DNA of 64,000 bases from a virus (Duplodnaviria; Heunggongvirae; Uroviricota; Caudoviricetes), in IMG/VR virus record IMGVR_UViG_3300025319_000008, positions 42,433 through 106,432 of that record; one strand, written 5' to 3'. This document shows, piece after piece, positions 18,492 through 27,988 of the stretch (its first letter is position 1; every line of letters begins with the position of its first letter). Below the pieces are notes generated by a model that was given only the letters and a program-made list of their open reading frames with translations, had not been told where the DNA came from and did not search any database. A program made the translations under genes and the position numbers.

Positions 18492-19646
18492 ATGTCAAAA
18501 AAATTAACAACAGAAGAGTTTATTGAAAGAGCTAAAATTATACATGTAAACAGAATAACTAATGAATCAAAATATGATTACAGTTTAGTTGAATATAAAA
18601 ATAGCAAAACTAAGATTAAAATAATTTGTAAAGAACATGGTGTTTTTGAGCAAACGCCAAATGATCATTTATCTGGTTGTGGATGTGTTGAATGTTCTGG
18701 ACTCAAAAAATTAACAACCGAAGAATTTATTGAAAAGTCTAACAAAGTTCATAGTAATATATATGATTATTCATTAGTAGAATATTTTAACAATAATACA
18801 AAAGTTAAAATAATATGTAATAATCATGGAGTTTTTGAACAAATTCCAGCAAGTCATTTGGGTGGGCATGGATGTGGTAAGTGTGGCGGAACCGCATTAA
18901 GAAACACGATAGAGTTTATTGAAAAATCTATAATTATTTATGGATATACATATAATTATGAGTTAGTTGAATATGTTAATTCTATAATTAAAGTTAAGAT
19001 AATTTGTAAGAAACATGGTGTTTTTGAGCAATCACCAGATAAACATTTAGCTGGACACCAATGTCCTTTTTGCGGATTTGAAGAAAGTTCCTTAAAAAGA
19101 GCTAATACTTCTGAATATTTTATTGAAAAATCGAAAATTATACACATAAATGAAAAAACATGTGAACCAAAATACGATTATTCAAAAGTTAACTACGTTC
19201 AAAACAAAACTAAGGTAATAGTAATTTGTCCATTACATGGAGATTTTCAAATAACTCCAAGCTCACATTTGAATGGATATGGATGTAAAAAATGTAATTT
19301 TTCAAAAATATCAAAGGGAGAAAAAGGTATAATTGAATTTTTAAAAAAGAATAACATCGAATTTATACATCAACATAAATTTAATGATTGCATAGGAATA
19401 TCAAATAAATTACCATTTGATTTTTATTTACCAAAATACAATACTTGTATAGAATTTGATGGGAGACAGCATTTTGAATCAGTCAAAAAATTTGGAGGAG
19501 AAAAAAATTTTTTGGATATACAAAGAACTGATAACATAAAAAATAAATATTGTTTAAATAACAATATAAAACTTATTAGAATTTCATATTTAAATTTGAA
19601 AAATATAAATGAAATTTTAGAGAAAGAATTCAACTGTATTGAGTAA
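18492..19646 (+). CDS. zinc-ribbon repeat protein with a C-terminal PD-(D/E)XK (Vsr/DUF559-like) endonuclease domain
   Basis: Five ~60-aa repeats of KYDYSLVEY...K.KIICK.HGVFEQ.P..HL.G.GC..C; C-terminal LPFDFYLPKYNTCIEFDGRQHF; paralog at 34194..35321. Confidence 0.65.
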   Translation: MSKKLTTEEFIERAKIIHVNRITNESKYDYSLVEYKNSKTKIKIICKEHGVFEQTPNDHLSGCGCVECSGLKKLTTEEFIEKSNKVHSNIYDYSLVEYFNNNTKVKIICNNHGVFEQIPASHLGGHGCGKCGGTALRNTIEFIEKSIIIYGYTYNYELVEYVNSIIKVKIICKKHGVFEQSPDKHLAGHQCPFCGFEESSLKRANTSEYFIEKSKIIHINEKTCEPKYDYSKVNYVQNKTKVIVICPLHGDFQITPSSHLNGYGCKKCNFSKISKGEKGIIEFLKKNNIEFIHQHKFNDCIGISNKLPFDFYLPKYNTCIEFDGRQHFESVKKFGGEKNFLDIQRTDNIKNKYCLNNNIKLIRISYLNLKNINEILEKEFNCIE

Positions 19647-19649
19647 TGT

Positions 19650-20093
19650 TTAGTTTTTAGTTCCTGGTTCTACGCTTAAATGCGAAAGAGTTATTATATT
19701 ATTTCTCTTTTTAATAAATTCTAATTTATTTAACATCCATTCTAAGGATTTTAAATGAGTGTTTTCTGTTGGTTTTAATAATGCTCTGTGTTGTTCTGTT
19801 GATTCCATAATTTCGCCGTCAAAGGTATATTCCTCATTATTTTCATACCAAATTTTTTCTTTTGAGTCATATAAAAATAAAGGGAACTGTTGGCCATAAC
19901 TTACTGTGATGTAGCTTTTGTCTGGAAAAGATTCACCCCAGCAATGGCTACCTATAAAATTCTCTTTATTGCGAACTTTTTCTAACCCATCCTCATTAGT
20001 AAGTCTTTCTTCGTCAATCATCATTTCATCCATTATACCACATTCAAACAAATGTTTTCTTATGGCCTTTCTTATTTTATTTTCGTTAATCAT
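19650..20093 (-). CDS. hypothetical protein
   Basis: 147-aa ORF. Confidence 0.4.
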   Translation of the reverse strand: MINENKIRKAIRKHLFECGIMDEMMIDEERLTNEDGLEKVRNKENFIGSHCWGESFPDKSYITVSYGQQFPLFLYDSKEKIWYENNEEYTFDGEIMESTEQHRALLKPTENTHLKSLEWMLNKLEFIKKRNNIITLSHLSVEPGTKN

Positions 20094-21787
20094 TTTTTTA
20101 ATTCTTTTAATATTCGTATGTTAACACGTTTCATTATTTCATTTACAATAAAAGATTCAGTAAGTGATTGGTCATCCGGACCTAAATCTTCTATATTTTC
20201 AGGTTCTTCTTCTTTTTCTTCTGGTTCTACTTTGAAAAGATATTTATCAGAAGGTATTGATACTTCTTTGCCGGCATTATCAATTATAATAAAATTATCT
20301 AATCCTTGAGGTTCAAAAAATTCTTTCGGCTCTATTCTTTGTATTGTATATTCTTTTTTGCTTGAAAGATTTTTATATTCTTCTGGATTTATTTTCATGA
20401 GTACAGGAAGATTGGATATTTTAACTTTTTCTCCAACTTGTATTCTTTTTGGAAATGCAATATCTCCTAATGTATCCGAATCAACTCCTTCTTCTTTCTC
20501 TGTTTCTAATGGAACCCATTCCCCTTTTGGATCTCCTGTTGCTATGTCAATTCCTGTTTGCTTAAAATATTCTAAAGGATTTTCTTTTTCTCCTTCTTCT
20601 CCAACTCCTTGTACTGAAAAAGCGTATTTATTATTGGTGAAATTTACTTTTATTCCTGTTTTGTCTTTAATGTATTTTTGAAAAGAGCCATTTTGAACGT
20701 AAAATGTTATAACTTCTTCCATTCTTTTTTTTATTTGTCTCACTGTTCCGGCTGGTTTTCCTAAAATATCAGATATTTCAGATAAAATATGTCCTTGAAA
20801 TAATAATTTTGCTACTTCTAAAAATGAAGGATTTATACCACCGTGTTTTATATTTGATTGTAAACGACTTATAATAAAATTTTGCATTACATCTGATAAT
20901 TCTTTTGCAGCTTCTTTTTGAGAAGTGCTTTTTTGTCCTTCTTCTCCAGTGATTCTATCACTTTTTGTTTGGTCAACATCTTCATCTGAATCTCCAAGTG
21001 GCTCATCTAATGAGCTTCCTTTTAATCCTCCACTTGATTGACCTAATGCTGTTTTTGCATACTTAGATTGAACTTGTGATTTCGCTCTTGAAGTAGCATT
21101 AAATATTATATTAGAAGGAAGTTGTCCTCCTCTACTTGGATTAAAGTTTTCTAAAGAATAATCAAAAGCATCTTCAATAGCACTTGAAACTATTGCTCGT
21201 AAATTCTCACCATCAATTGTCTTTCTGCCGGTTTTTTCAACAAAATTATAAATACCAGCATTTTTAGCAACAATTCTTGAAATTAATGAAGGTCTATTTC
21301 CTCCACTACCTTTTTCAAAAGAAGTAAATTCATCTGGTTGAACCATTGCTATAAATAATACATCTCTAATATTTTTCTTTTCATTTTCAAGAGTGCTATC
21401 ATCTTTATATAATGAAGCTAATACTGTTGTAATGAAATTAAACTGTTTAATCTTATGTCCTTCAGACATTTTGTTATAATTGAAATTATTTCCAAGTCTT
21501 CCAGTTGTTTTTGCTTTTTCTATTAATTCATATAAATCAACTAATTCATCTTCACTAAAATTTTTTGATAATTCATTAATTTTTGCACTTATATTAGAGA
21601 AATCCAAATCCAAATTAGACTCTTCTGGGTTCATCGTATCTACTTGGCCAACGTCTTCTTTGCTGTCTAATTCAGAACTGTCATCAAATTCTTCATCATT
21701 AGCAATTTCTTCTTCTTTCAAGATTTTAAAAGTTCTACTTATGATGAACTTTTTTAAACTTTCAAATGTTAATTTTTTGTTTTCCAT
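20090..21787 (-). CDS. large sigma-70-like protein with a region 4 HTH and a C-terminal extension
   Basis: INPSFLEVAKLLFQGHILSEISDILGKPAGTVRQIKKRMEEV matches sigma-70 region 4.2 (TLEEIG..LGVTRERVRQIE-like); its C-terminal module is paralogous to the upstream gene. Confidence 0.55.
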   Translation of the reverse strand: MENKKLTFESLKKFIISRTFKILKEEEIANDEEFDDSSELDSKEDVGQVDTMNPEESNLDLDFSNISAKINELSKNFSEDELVDLYELIEKAKTTGRLGNNFNYNKMSEGHKIKQFNFITTVLASLYKDDSTLENEKKNIRDVLFIAMVQPDEFTSFEKGSGGNRPSLISRIVAKNAGIYNFVEKTGRKTIDGENLRAIVSSAIEDAFDYSLENFNPSRGGQLPSNIIFNATSRAKSQVQSKYAKTALGQSSGGLKGSSLDEPLGDSDEDVDQTKSDRITGEEGQKSTSQKEAAKELSDVMQNFIISRLQSNIKHGGINPSFLEVAKLLFQGHILSEISDILGKPAGTVRQIKKRMEEVITFYVQNGSFQKYIKDKTGIKVNFTNNKYAFSVQGVGEEGEKENPLEYFKQTGIDIATGDPKGEWVPLETEKEEGVDSDTLGDIAFPKRIQVGEKVKISNLPVLMKINPEEYKNLSSKKEYTIQRIEPKEFFEPQGLDNFIIIDNAGKEVSIPSDKYLFKVEPEEKEEEPENIEDLGPDDQSLTESFIVNEIMKRVNIRILKELKK

Positions 21788-21788
21788 T

Positions 21789-24197
21789 TTATTTATTTGT
21801 TTTTTTAAATCTTTCTACCATAAGCTCTCTTACAACTTTTCTTATATGATTTTCTGATAATTGTGATGACATTTCATAATTTTTAAGTAAATCATTTAAT
21901 AAATCTCTATCTTTCTTTATTGCTGGATTCTCTAACCCTTCAAATCCGAAAAACTTTCTTAATCCCAATCTTAAAGAATTTATAAATTCTAATGTTTTGT
22001 CTGTTAATGATTTTTTTTCTTCTGCAGACTCTGCTGTTTTATATAGAGCTTGTTTTGTTTCTGGATTAAATAAATTTTGAGGCAATTCTATATTTTTTGC
22101 AAAAGCAACTTTAGAAAGTTGATCAATAATTTTTTCTGTATTTCCAACTAATTTCCCACCTGTATCCCATACATAACTAAACGGTACCTCTCTTATTTTT
22201 TGATACTTATTTATAAGTCCACTATCCTTGTATGGGAGAGCAATTTTCCCATTTTCTTTTTCTACTTTTCCACCTTTGTGAGTATAAGGATTATAAGCGT
22301 TTACTATTTTTGGTGTACCATCTACATTTCTAAAATAAACTGTTCTTGTGTATTTTGGAACCATTCTACCATATTGCAACATAAGTCTTAGTGCTTCGAT
22401 TAAAGCATCTTTGTATTTCGTACCTAATTCTTGTGGTAGTGCCGATGTTTTTGAAGTTGATTTAACATATCTATTAGAAAGATTTATTTCTTTTCCAGCA
22501 TCATCAAGTATAGTGTATATATAAACCGTATTCCCGTTTTTATCGTTTTTGCCTGTTGCTTCTTTTTTTGTTACTGTGTATTCTTTTTTCGAATTAAGAT
22601 TTTGAAATATTTCTGGACTTTTTGTTTTCTCCGGGTCTAATAATTCATTAACCCTTTCTAATCTAACTTTCTCTCCAATTTTTAAATCAGTACTTAACAT
22701 TTCAATAGAAATTTCATCAAGAATGTTATCAATTTCAGTTTTTGCTAAACGCATTGCTTCGCTAACAGGAACTCCTTCATACATGGCTTTTTCAGCTATG
22801 GAGCCTTCTCCTGGTTCGTATATTGCTTTAGTTAAATCCTCCGGCTTGTCCTTTGAAACGCTTTTATAAAATTCATTTGGATTTTTCAGAAATCTAGCAC
22901 TTAGAGGAGAAATTTTTCCATCTTCTTCTTTTGCTCCAAAAAGCCCTATAGCATCCATTGCATCCTTAAATGTATATCTGAAAAAGGGTTTTTTTACTAT
23001 TTCACCATCTTTAGTTTTAACTTTAAATGTGAATGGACTAATTGTAACTTCATAATTTCCTTCAATAGCTTTTTCAGGATTTAATTTAGAATCAACAACA
23101 AGAGGAGCAGTTTCTGCAACAAGTCTTCGTTCAACCTCTGTTCTATCCAATACGTAGTCACTTATGCTTCTTAATTGGTCAATTACTTTATGTTTAACAA
23201 CTTGAATAAACCAAGCTCCATAATTATTATATTTTTCCTGAGAATATTGTTTTTCTTTTGTTTGGTCTATAGCATGGTTTATACCATTTTCTGCAAATAC
23301 AATGAATTGACTATCCTTTGGATTTTTTTTCCTTTTAAGTGTTTGTGCAAGTATTGGTATTACAGCTTTTCCATAAAAATCTCTAATAATATGTTCAGCA
23401 TTAGCTATTACTAAATTTTTATATGGCCAGTTACCTAATAAAATCTCTTCTATATCAATATTTTCATCACCATTTGCTGGTAATGGCCTACCTGATAACA
23501 TTCTTTGTAAAAATTCAAGTTGTTGTTTTCCTAAATCTGAAATCCCAACTAATTTTTTGCCATTTTCTTCAAATGTATGATAGCTAATTATGTTTTTATC
23601 TTTTATTTTTGGTTGCCATTTTGCTGATTGTACATTACCACCTTCTTGTCCAAATGTAACGGCGCTTCTTTTTGTTTTTTTATCTTTTTCTATAATTGCA
23701 TCAATTTCTTCTTGGCTCATTCCAGCTTTTTTAAGACGACTAATTTCAGCTGGACTAATAATTGGAGTTACTAATCTTCCATATTCTCTTGAAGCTCCTG
23801 GTAGTTTTTGTATAGGCTTCTTTTCGATAACAGTTCCTTCTACACCACCTTCTTCTTCTGGCCTTGCACCAAGTGTTTTTGGTTTGTATTCTCCTGAAAG
23901 TTTTAAATTCGCAGCTTCATATTGATTTATATTATTCAATACCATGGATGCTTTCATGTCTTTCGTCAGTACTCCTTCGGATTTCCCTTTTATTTCTAAA
24001 GCTCTTCCTTCATCACCCATTAAATCTCCAATATCTCCAAAAATATCATCATCATCTTCTTTTAAAAGTTTTTTTGGCTCTGTTTTTTTTGAGTTTATAA
24101 TGGTAGAATCGCTTTCATTAATGGTGTTTTGTGAAACTCCAGCTAATTTTGACATTCTTTGCAACTCATGAAGAAGATTTTCGTTTAATAAGGTCAT
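21789..24197 (-). CDS. large sigma-70-like protein with region 2 signature, acidic N-terminus and long C-terminus
   Basis: ENGINHAIDQTKEKQYSQEKYNNYGAWFIQVVKHKVIDQLRS aligns with sigma-70 region 2.2-2.4 (EGNIGLMKAVDKF...YATWWIRQAITRSIADQAR); shares the KEYT..DDAGKE[IV] module with 20090..21787. Confidence 0.5.
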   Translation of the reverse strand: MTLLNENLLHELQRMSKLAGVSQNTINESDSTIINSKKTEPKKLLKEDDDDIFGDIGDLMGDEGRALEIKGKSEGVLTKDMKASMVLNNINQYEAANLKLSGEYKPKTLGARPEEEGGVEGTVIEKKPIQKLPGASREYGRLVTPIISPAEISRLKKAGMSQEEIDAIIEKDKKTKRSAVTFGQEGGNVQSAKWQPKIKDKNIISYHTFEENGKKLVGISDLGKQQLEFLQRMLSGRPLPANGDENIDIEEILLGNWPYKNLVIANAEHIIRDFYGKAVIPILAQTLKRKKNPKDSQFIVFAENGINHAIDQTKEKQYSQEKYNNYGAWFIQVVKHKVIDQLRSISDYVLDRTEVERRLVAETAPLVVDSKLNPEKAIEGNYEVTISPFTFKVKTKDGEIVKKPFFRYTFKDAMDAIGLFGAKEEDGKISPLSARFLKNPNEFYKSVSKDKPEDLTKAIYEPGEGSIAEKAMYEGVPVSEAMRLAKTEIDNILDEISIEMLSTDLKIGEKVRLERVNELLDPEKTKSPEIFQNLNSKKEYTVTKKEATGKNDKNGNTVYIYTILDDAGKEINLSNRYVKSTSKTSALPQELGTKYKDALIEALRLMLQYGRMVPKYTRTVYFRNVDGTPKIVNAYNPYTHKGGKVEKENGKIALPYKDSGLINKYQKIREVPFSYVWDTGGKLVGNTEKIIDQLSKVAFAKNIELPQNLFNPETKQALYKTAESAEEKKSLTDKTLEFINSLRLGLRKFFGFEGLENPAIKKDRDLLNDLLKNYEMSSQLSENHIRKVVRELMVERFKKTNK

Positions 24198-24320
24198 AGC
24201 ATTAGTTTTACAACTAAATAGATAGAAAAAGATAAAAAACTTGATAAAATTTTTTGGAATTAATAAAAAAATTTATAGATTTGCAGTGATTAAAAACAAA
24301 CAAAAAAATAAAATTAAAAC

Positions 24321-26378
24321 ATGGTAATGAAACAACATTCATTTTTGGTAGATATCGGCAAAACTATGGTCGATACAAATAAAATAAGCTCAGAAGGAAA
24401 AGACAGTCAAAGAATGTACTGCCATTGCGGTAATAAAAAAGAGCTAAAAAGTAAAGCGAGAAGATTGCTTGTAAAAAAACACGACACTACTGTTGAAGAC
24501 AAGCATAGTATTGAAACAATTAAATGTGATAAGTGCGGAAGCGTTTATGACAGTAAAAATCGTTTATTTCTTATTATTCCAGATGAAGATGAAATTTATA
24601 AAGTTTCATTTTTAGTAGAAGAAAAAGGAAAAACAATAACTCTTTTAAGACAAAAAACATTTGTTAGATACGATTCTTCTACTGATAAATTAAATGATAA
24701 TATTGTCAGAACCGATTCAATTAAATTTGATAGAAGCAAAAACAAAACTGAAATTTTCTTAGAAAAGCCATTACTTGATAAAATATCAGTAAATAATAAG
24801 CAGAATGATGTGAATAACATTACGGAAGAAGTAGGTCTTTCAAAAATAGGAAGATTAGAACATTTTTTCCAATTTTATGATTTTGCTTCTTATGGTGGTC
24901 TTATAAATATATTCAATTTTTTTAACAAAATTGATGTTGTAGTAACTGACCTTGACGATATTAAGAAATTGATTCCTCAAATAAGTTATGCTTATAATAA
25001 TCATGATGTTTTTGAAAAAACAGATGAAATAACCGGAGAGTCAATAACTTATAATAAAGTTGATAGCGGTTTTGGAGACGGAAAAAAAGAAGAGAAAAAA
25101 TTAAATATAGGTGGGTATTTATCCAGATATGTTGAATTGTCTAAAATTTTTCTTTGTGTATCTGACTTCCAGAGTATTTCAACAATATTACTTACTAAAG
25201 GACAAGTGTTTTTTAAAGAATTTATCCACAGTAAAAACATTTTATCTTCTCAAGTTTATGAATTGTTTGAAGCAACATCTCCTACTAAAATATTGGAAAT
25301 TTCTATGAATTGCGATATTAACGGTATGTTAAAAGGAAGTGGAGATAATGATACTAAGGAAGTTGCTAAAAAAGTCGTTAAAATATCAAAAACCATAGAA
25401 GATAGTCCTAACTATTTAAAGGTTAGTCCTTTGATTTATAAACACATAAGCACTCCACAGGATATGGAAATTTTGCTTAGTATATATCGTAAAAAATATA
25501 TTTCCAAAACTGATATTGAAACTTTGTTTCAAAGTTATGATACTGAGCGTATTTATAAATTCTACAGAAATTTAGAAAAACAAAGAATTCAAGATAATGC
25601 CAGTTTTACAATCAAAAACATTAAACACATCTTAGATAGAAATATAGATGATGTTGTAAAAGGTGGCAATTCTGATTATTTGCATTTGTATACAGATACT
25701 ATTAACTCAATGAGGCTGTTGGAGCTTTCTGATAATTATATTTATCGTATTAAAAGTAATGTCGAGTTAAAAACTATACATGATGACCTTGCAGCGAGAT
25801 ATGGAGCTATTAAAGATGCTAAAAAAGCAGAATTTTATAAAAAAGCAGCTAAGGAATTGTCAAACATAAATACAATTGTTGGCGATGTTGAATTGACAGT
25901 TATTCCAACTCTTGAGGACTTAAATAAAGAAGGTATGCTTATGAATCATTGTATTTATACATACCTTGATCGAATTGTTAATAGAGATTATATGGCTGTC
26001 CATGTACAACATATAATTTCAAATGAAAGAGCAACTTTGGGTTTATATCGTAAAAATGGAGGCCTTGAATTTGATCAGTTAAAAGGTTATCGTAACTCAA
26101 GAGCCTCAAGAGAGTTAATTGAAGGAGTACTGGAGTTTATACAAATTAACAAAATACAATCTTCTTCCAGAAACAGTGATTTAACACCTTCTGCCGGAAG
26201 CATAACCAGAATGCATGATTATTTAAGTGACGAAGAAGTCATGAAAATAAGAAAAGAAAGAGAAAAAAAGGAAAATATTGAGATGGAAAAAGCAAAATCA
26301 GAAGGAAAAGAGTATGTTCCTAAGTATTCAAAGTCACATCAAAAAAATAAAAAAGGATTTTTTGGATTATTTGCTTAA
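24321..26378 (+). CDS. large protein with N-terminal zinc ribbons and a C-terminal domain resembling PcfJ-like proteins
   Basis: CHCG...CDKCGS; C-terminal EGMLMNHCIYTYLDRIVNRDYMAVHV...LGLYRKNGGLEF; the PcfJ assignment is from memory of the family and is low confidence. Confidence 0.4.
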   Translation: MVMKQHSFLVDIGKTMVDTNKISSEGKDSQRMYCHCGNKKELKSKARRLLVKKHDTTVEDKHSIETIKCDKCGSVYDSKNRLFLIIPDEDEIYKVSFLVEEKGKTITLLRQKTFVRYDSSTDKLNDNIVRTDSIKFDRSKNKTEIFLEKPLLDKISVNNKQNDVNNITEEVGLSKIGRLEHFFQFYDFASYGGLINIFNFFNKIDVVVTDLDDIKKLIPQISYAYNNHDVFEKTDEITGESITYNKVDSGFGDGKKEEKKLNIGGYLSRYVELSKIFLCVSDFQSISTILLTKGQVFFKEFIHSKNILSSQVYELFEATSPTKILEISMNCDINGMLKGSGDNDTKEVAKKVVKISKTIEDSPNYLKVSPLIYKHISTPQDMEILLSIYRKKYISKTDIETLFQSYDTERIYKFYRNLEKQRIQDNASFTIKNIKHILDRNIDDVVKGGNSDYLHLYTDTINSMRLLELSDNYIYRIKSNVELKTIHDDLAARYGAIKDAKKAEFYKKAAKELSNINTIVGDVELTVIPTLEDLNKEGMLMNHCIYTYLDRIVNRDYMAVHVQHIISNERATLGLYRKNGGLEFDQLKGYRNSRASRELIEGVLEFIQINKIQSSSRNSDLTPSAGSITRMHDYLSDEEVMKIRKEREKKENIEMEKAKSEGKEYVPKYSKSHQKNKKGFFGLFA

Positions 26379-26390
26379 AATTATATAAAA

Positions 26391-26594
26391 ATGGAAAAAC
26401 AAGAAGTAATAGAGTTGATGAAATCAAGTAAAAATTCCAAAGAATGGAATGAAAACTGCGATAAAGTTAAAAAAGATAATAATAATGATTATCCATCTTG
26501 GTGGTATTTTGAAATTATCTTATCTGGATTATGTGATAACACATTGGGATCGGGCTCGTCTAAAATGAAAATATCATCTATAGGCGAATCTTAA
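26391..26594 (+). CDS. hypothetical protein
   Basis: 67-aa ORF. Confidence 0.3.
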   Translation: MEKQEVIELMKSSKNSKEWNENCDKVKKDNNNDYPSWWYFEIILSGLCDNTLGSGSSKMKISSIGES

Positions 26595-26679
26595 AAAGAA
26601 TTTTGAAAAATAATTTTGGAAGTTAATTTTATTTATTATATTTGTACAACTATTCATAAACAATTTAAAAACCAAAAAA

Positions 26680-27156
26680 ATGGCATCAGTAAACAAAGTA
26701 ATTTTAGTAGGAAGAGTTGGAGCTAATCCGGAACTCAAAAACTTCGAAGGAGGAAGTAAAGTGGTAAATTTTGCTATAGCAACGTCTGAAAATTTCAAAG
26801 ACAAAGCTGGAGTAAAACAACAAAAAACAGAATGGCACAATATTGTTGCCTGGGCTGAAAAAGCTGAATTAATTTCTAAATATGTATCAAAAGGAAGTTT
26901 GGTTTATATTGAAGGAAAACTGCAGACCCGTAGTTGGGATGATAAAGATGGTGTTAAAAGATATACCACAGAAGTTAATGCATTCACTATTGAATTTCTT
27001 GACTCTAAAAAATCTGAAGATGGAGAAACTTCTACAAAAACAGAGGCTCCGACAAAAACAGTAACACCTGTAAATGTAAAAACAGCTGGAAAAACAACAG
27101 CAACAGCAGCCACCGTAACAACTGGAAGTGATTCAGACGACGATCTTCCTTTCTAA
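26680..27156 (+). CDS. ssb: single-stranded DNA-binding protein (bacterial/phage OB-fold type)
   Basis: VNKVILVGRVGANPE...TEWHNIVAW...YIEGKLQTRSW; acidic tail DDDLPF. Confidence 0.9.
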   Translation: MASVNKVILVGRVGANPELKNFEGGSKVVNFAIATSENFKDKAGVKQQKTEWHNIVAWAEKAELISKYVSKGSLVYIEGKLQTRSWDDKDGVKRYTTEVNAFTIEFLDSKKSEDGETSTKTEAPTKTVTPVNVKTAGKTTATAATVTTGSDSDDDLPF

Positions 27157-27180
27157 CTTTTTGATTTTCAATTAATTAAG

Positions 27181-27208
27181 AGGGAGCAATTATTTAGCTC
27201 CCTTTTTT
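27181..27208 (+). terminator. intrinsic terminator after ssb
   Basis: agggagc / gctccct stem followed by tttttt. Confidence 0.5.
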
Positions 27209-27228
27209 AATTTTACATAATTATTGAT

Positions 27229-27987
27229 ATGAACAAAGAACATTTTCAAATACTTTTGGAAGATTTATATGAAAAATATAATCACACCAAAAAATCAGAT
27301 GTACCAAATTTGGTCGAAAAATATAACGGTCAAGAATTTGATGCTATAAAAACATTTTATTTTAAGTATAACTTTAAGTCGAACGCTAACTATGATCAAA
27401 AGGCCGGAACTGACGAATATATAAAAAATTTAATAGTAAATTATTCAAATGGTAAAAGACCAATAAAAGATAATTTAAATCCTCCAAATCCAGAAGAAGA
27501 AAGTTTATCTGCTATTAAAAAAGGAACAGAACAAGCCAATGTTGAAATAAATAATGTTTCTGAAACAAAAAAAGAGGAACTATTAAAGCTGGCCGACGAA
27601 AAGATAAAATCATTAGTAATCATAATTCAAGACAAGGAAAAGAAATTGGAAGACATGATTCAACGAATGGATGCTATGATTCAGGAAAAGGCACAAAAGA
27701 TAGAAGATAAGATAAAAAGAATAAGTGAAGAGTCTTTAGAATTGTTGACTTTAAATAAAAATTCAAAAGTTGAAGATGAAGAGCATGTTGAAATAAGAAT
27801 AAACTTAGATTACGCCGAAACAGATATTGAACTACCGAAAGAAGTTAGAACAATGGCTACCGGAACCAGGTTTCTAATGCTTGACCAAAATAAAAAAATG
27901 CTGGCTTTTGAAATAAAAGATATTTTTTGCGACTATGTTTCAATTACTGGTAAATTCATAAAAGAAATAAACATTCAAAGAATCTAA
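27229..27987 (+). CDS. hypothetical coiled-coil protein
   Basis: 252-aa ORF; the central region is Lys/Glu-rich heptad-like. Confidence 0.45.
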   Translation: MNKEHFQILLEDLYEKYNHTKKSDVPNLVEKYNGQEFDAIKTFYFKYNFKSNANYDQKAGTDEYIKNLIVNYSNGKRPIKDNLNPPNPEEESLSAIKKGTEQANVEINNVSETKKEELLKLADEKIKSLVIIIQDKEKKLEDMIQRMDAMIQEKAQKIEDKIKRISEESLELLTLNKNSKVEDEEHVEIRINLDYAETDIELPKEVRTMATGTRFLMLDQNKKMLAFEIKDIFCDYVSITGKFIKEINIQRI

Positions 27988-27988
27988 A

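Noticed and set aside
20090-26378. Large proteins (802, 565 and 685 aa) as candidate Cas effectors for the nearby mini-array
   Set aside because: They have no RuvC-I/II/III or HNH motifs. Two of them carry sigma-70 region signatures instead.
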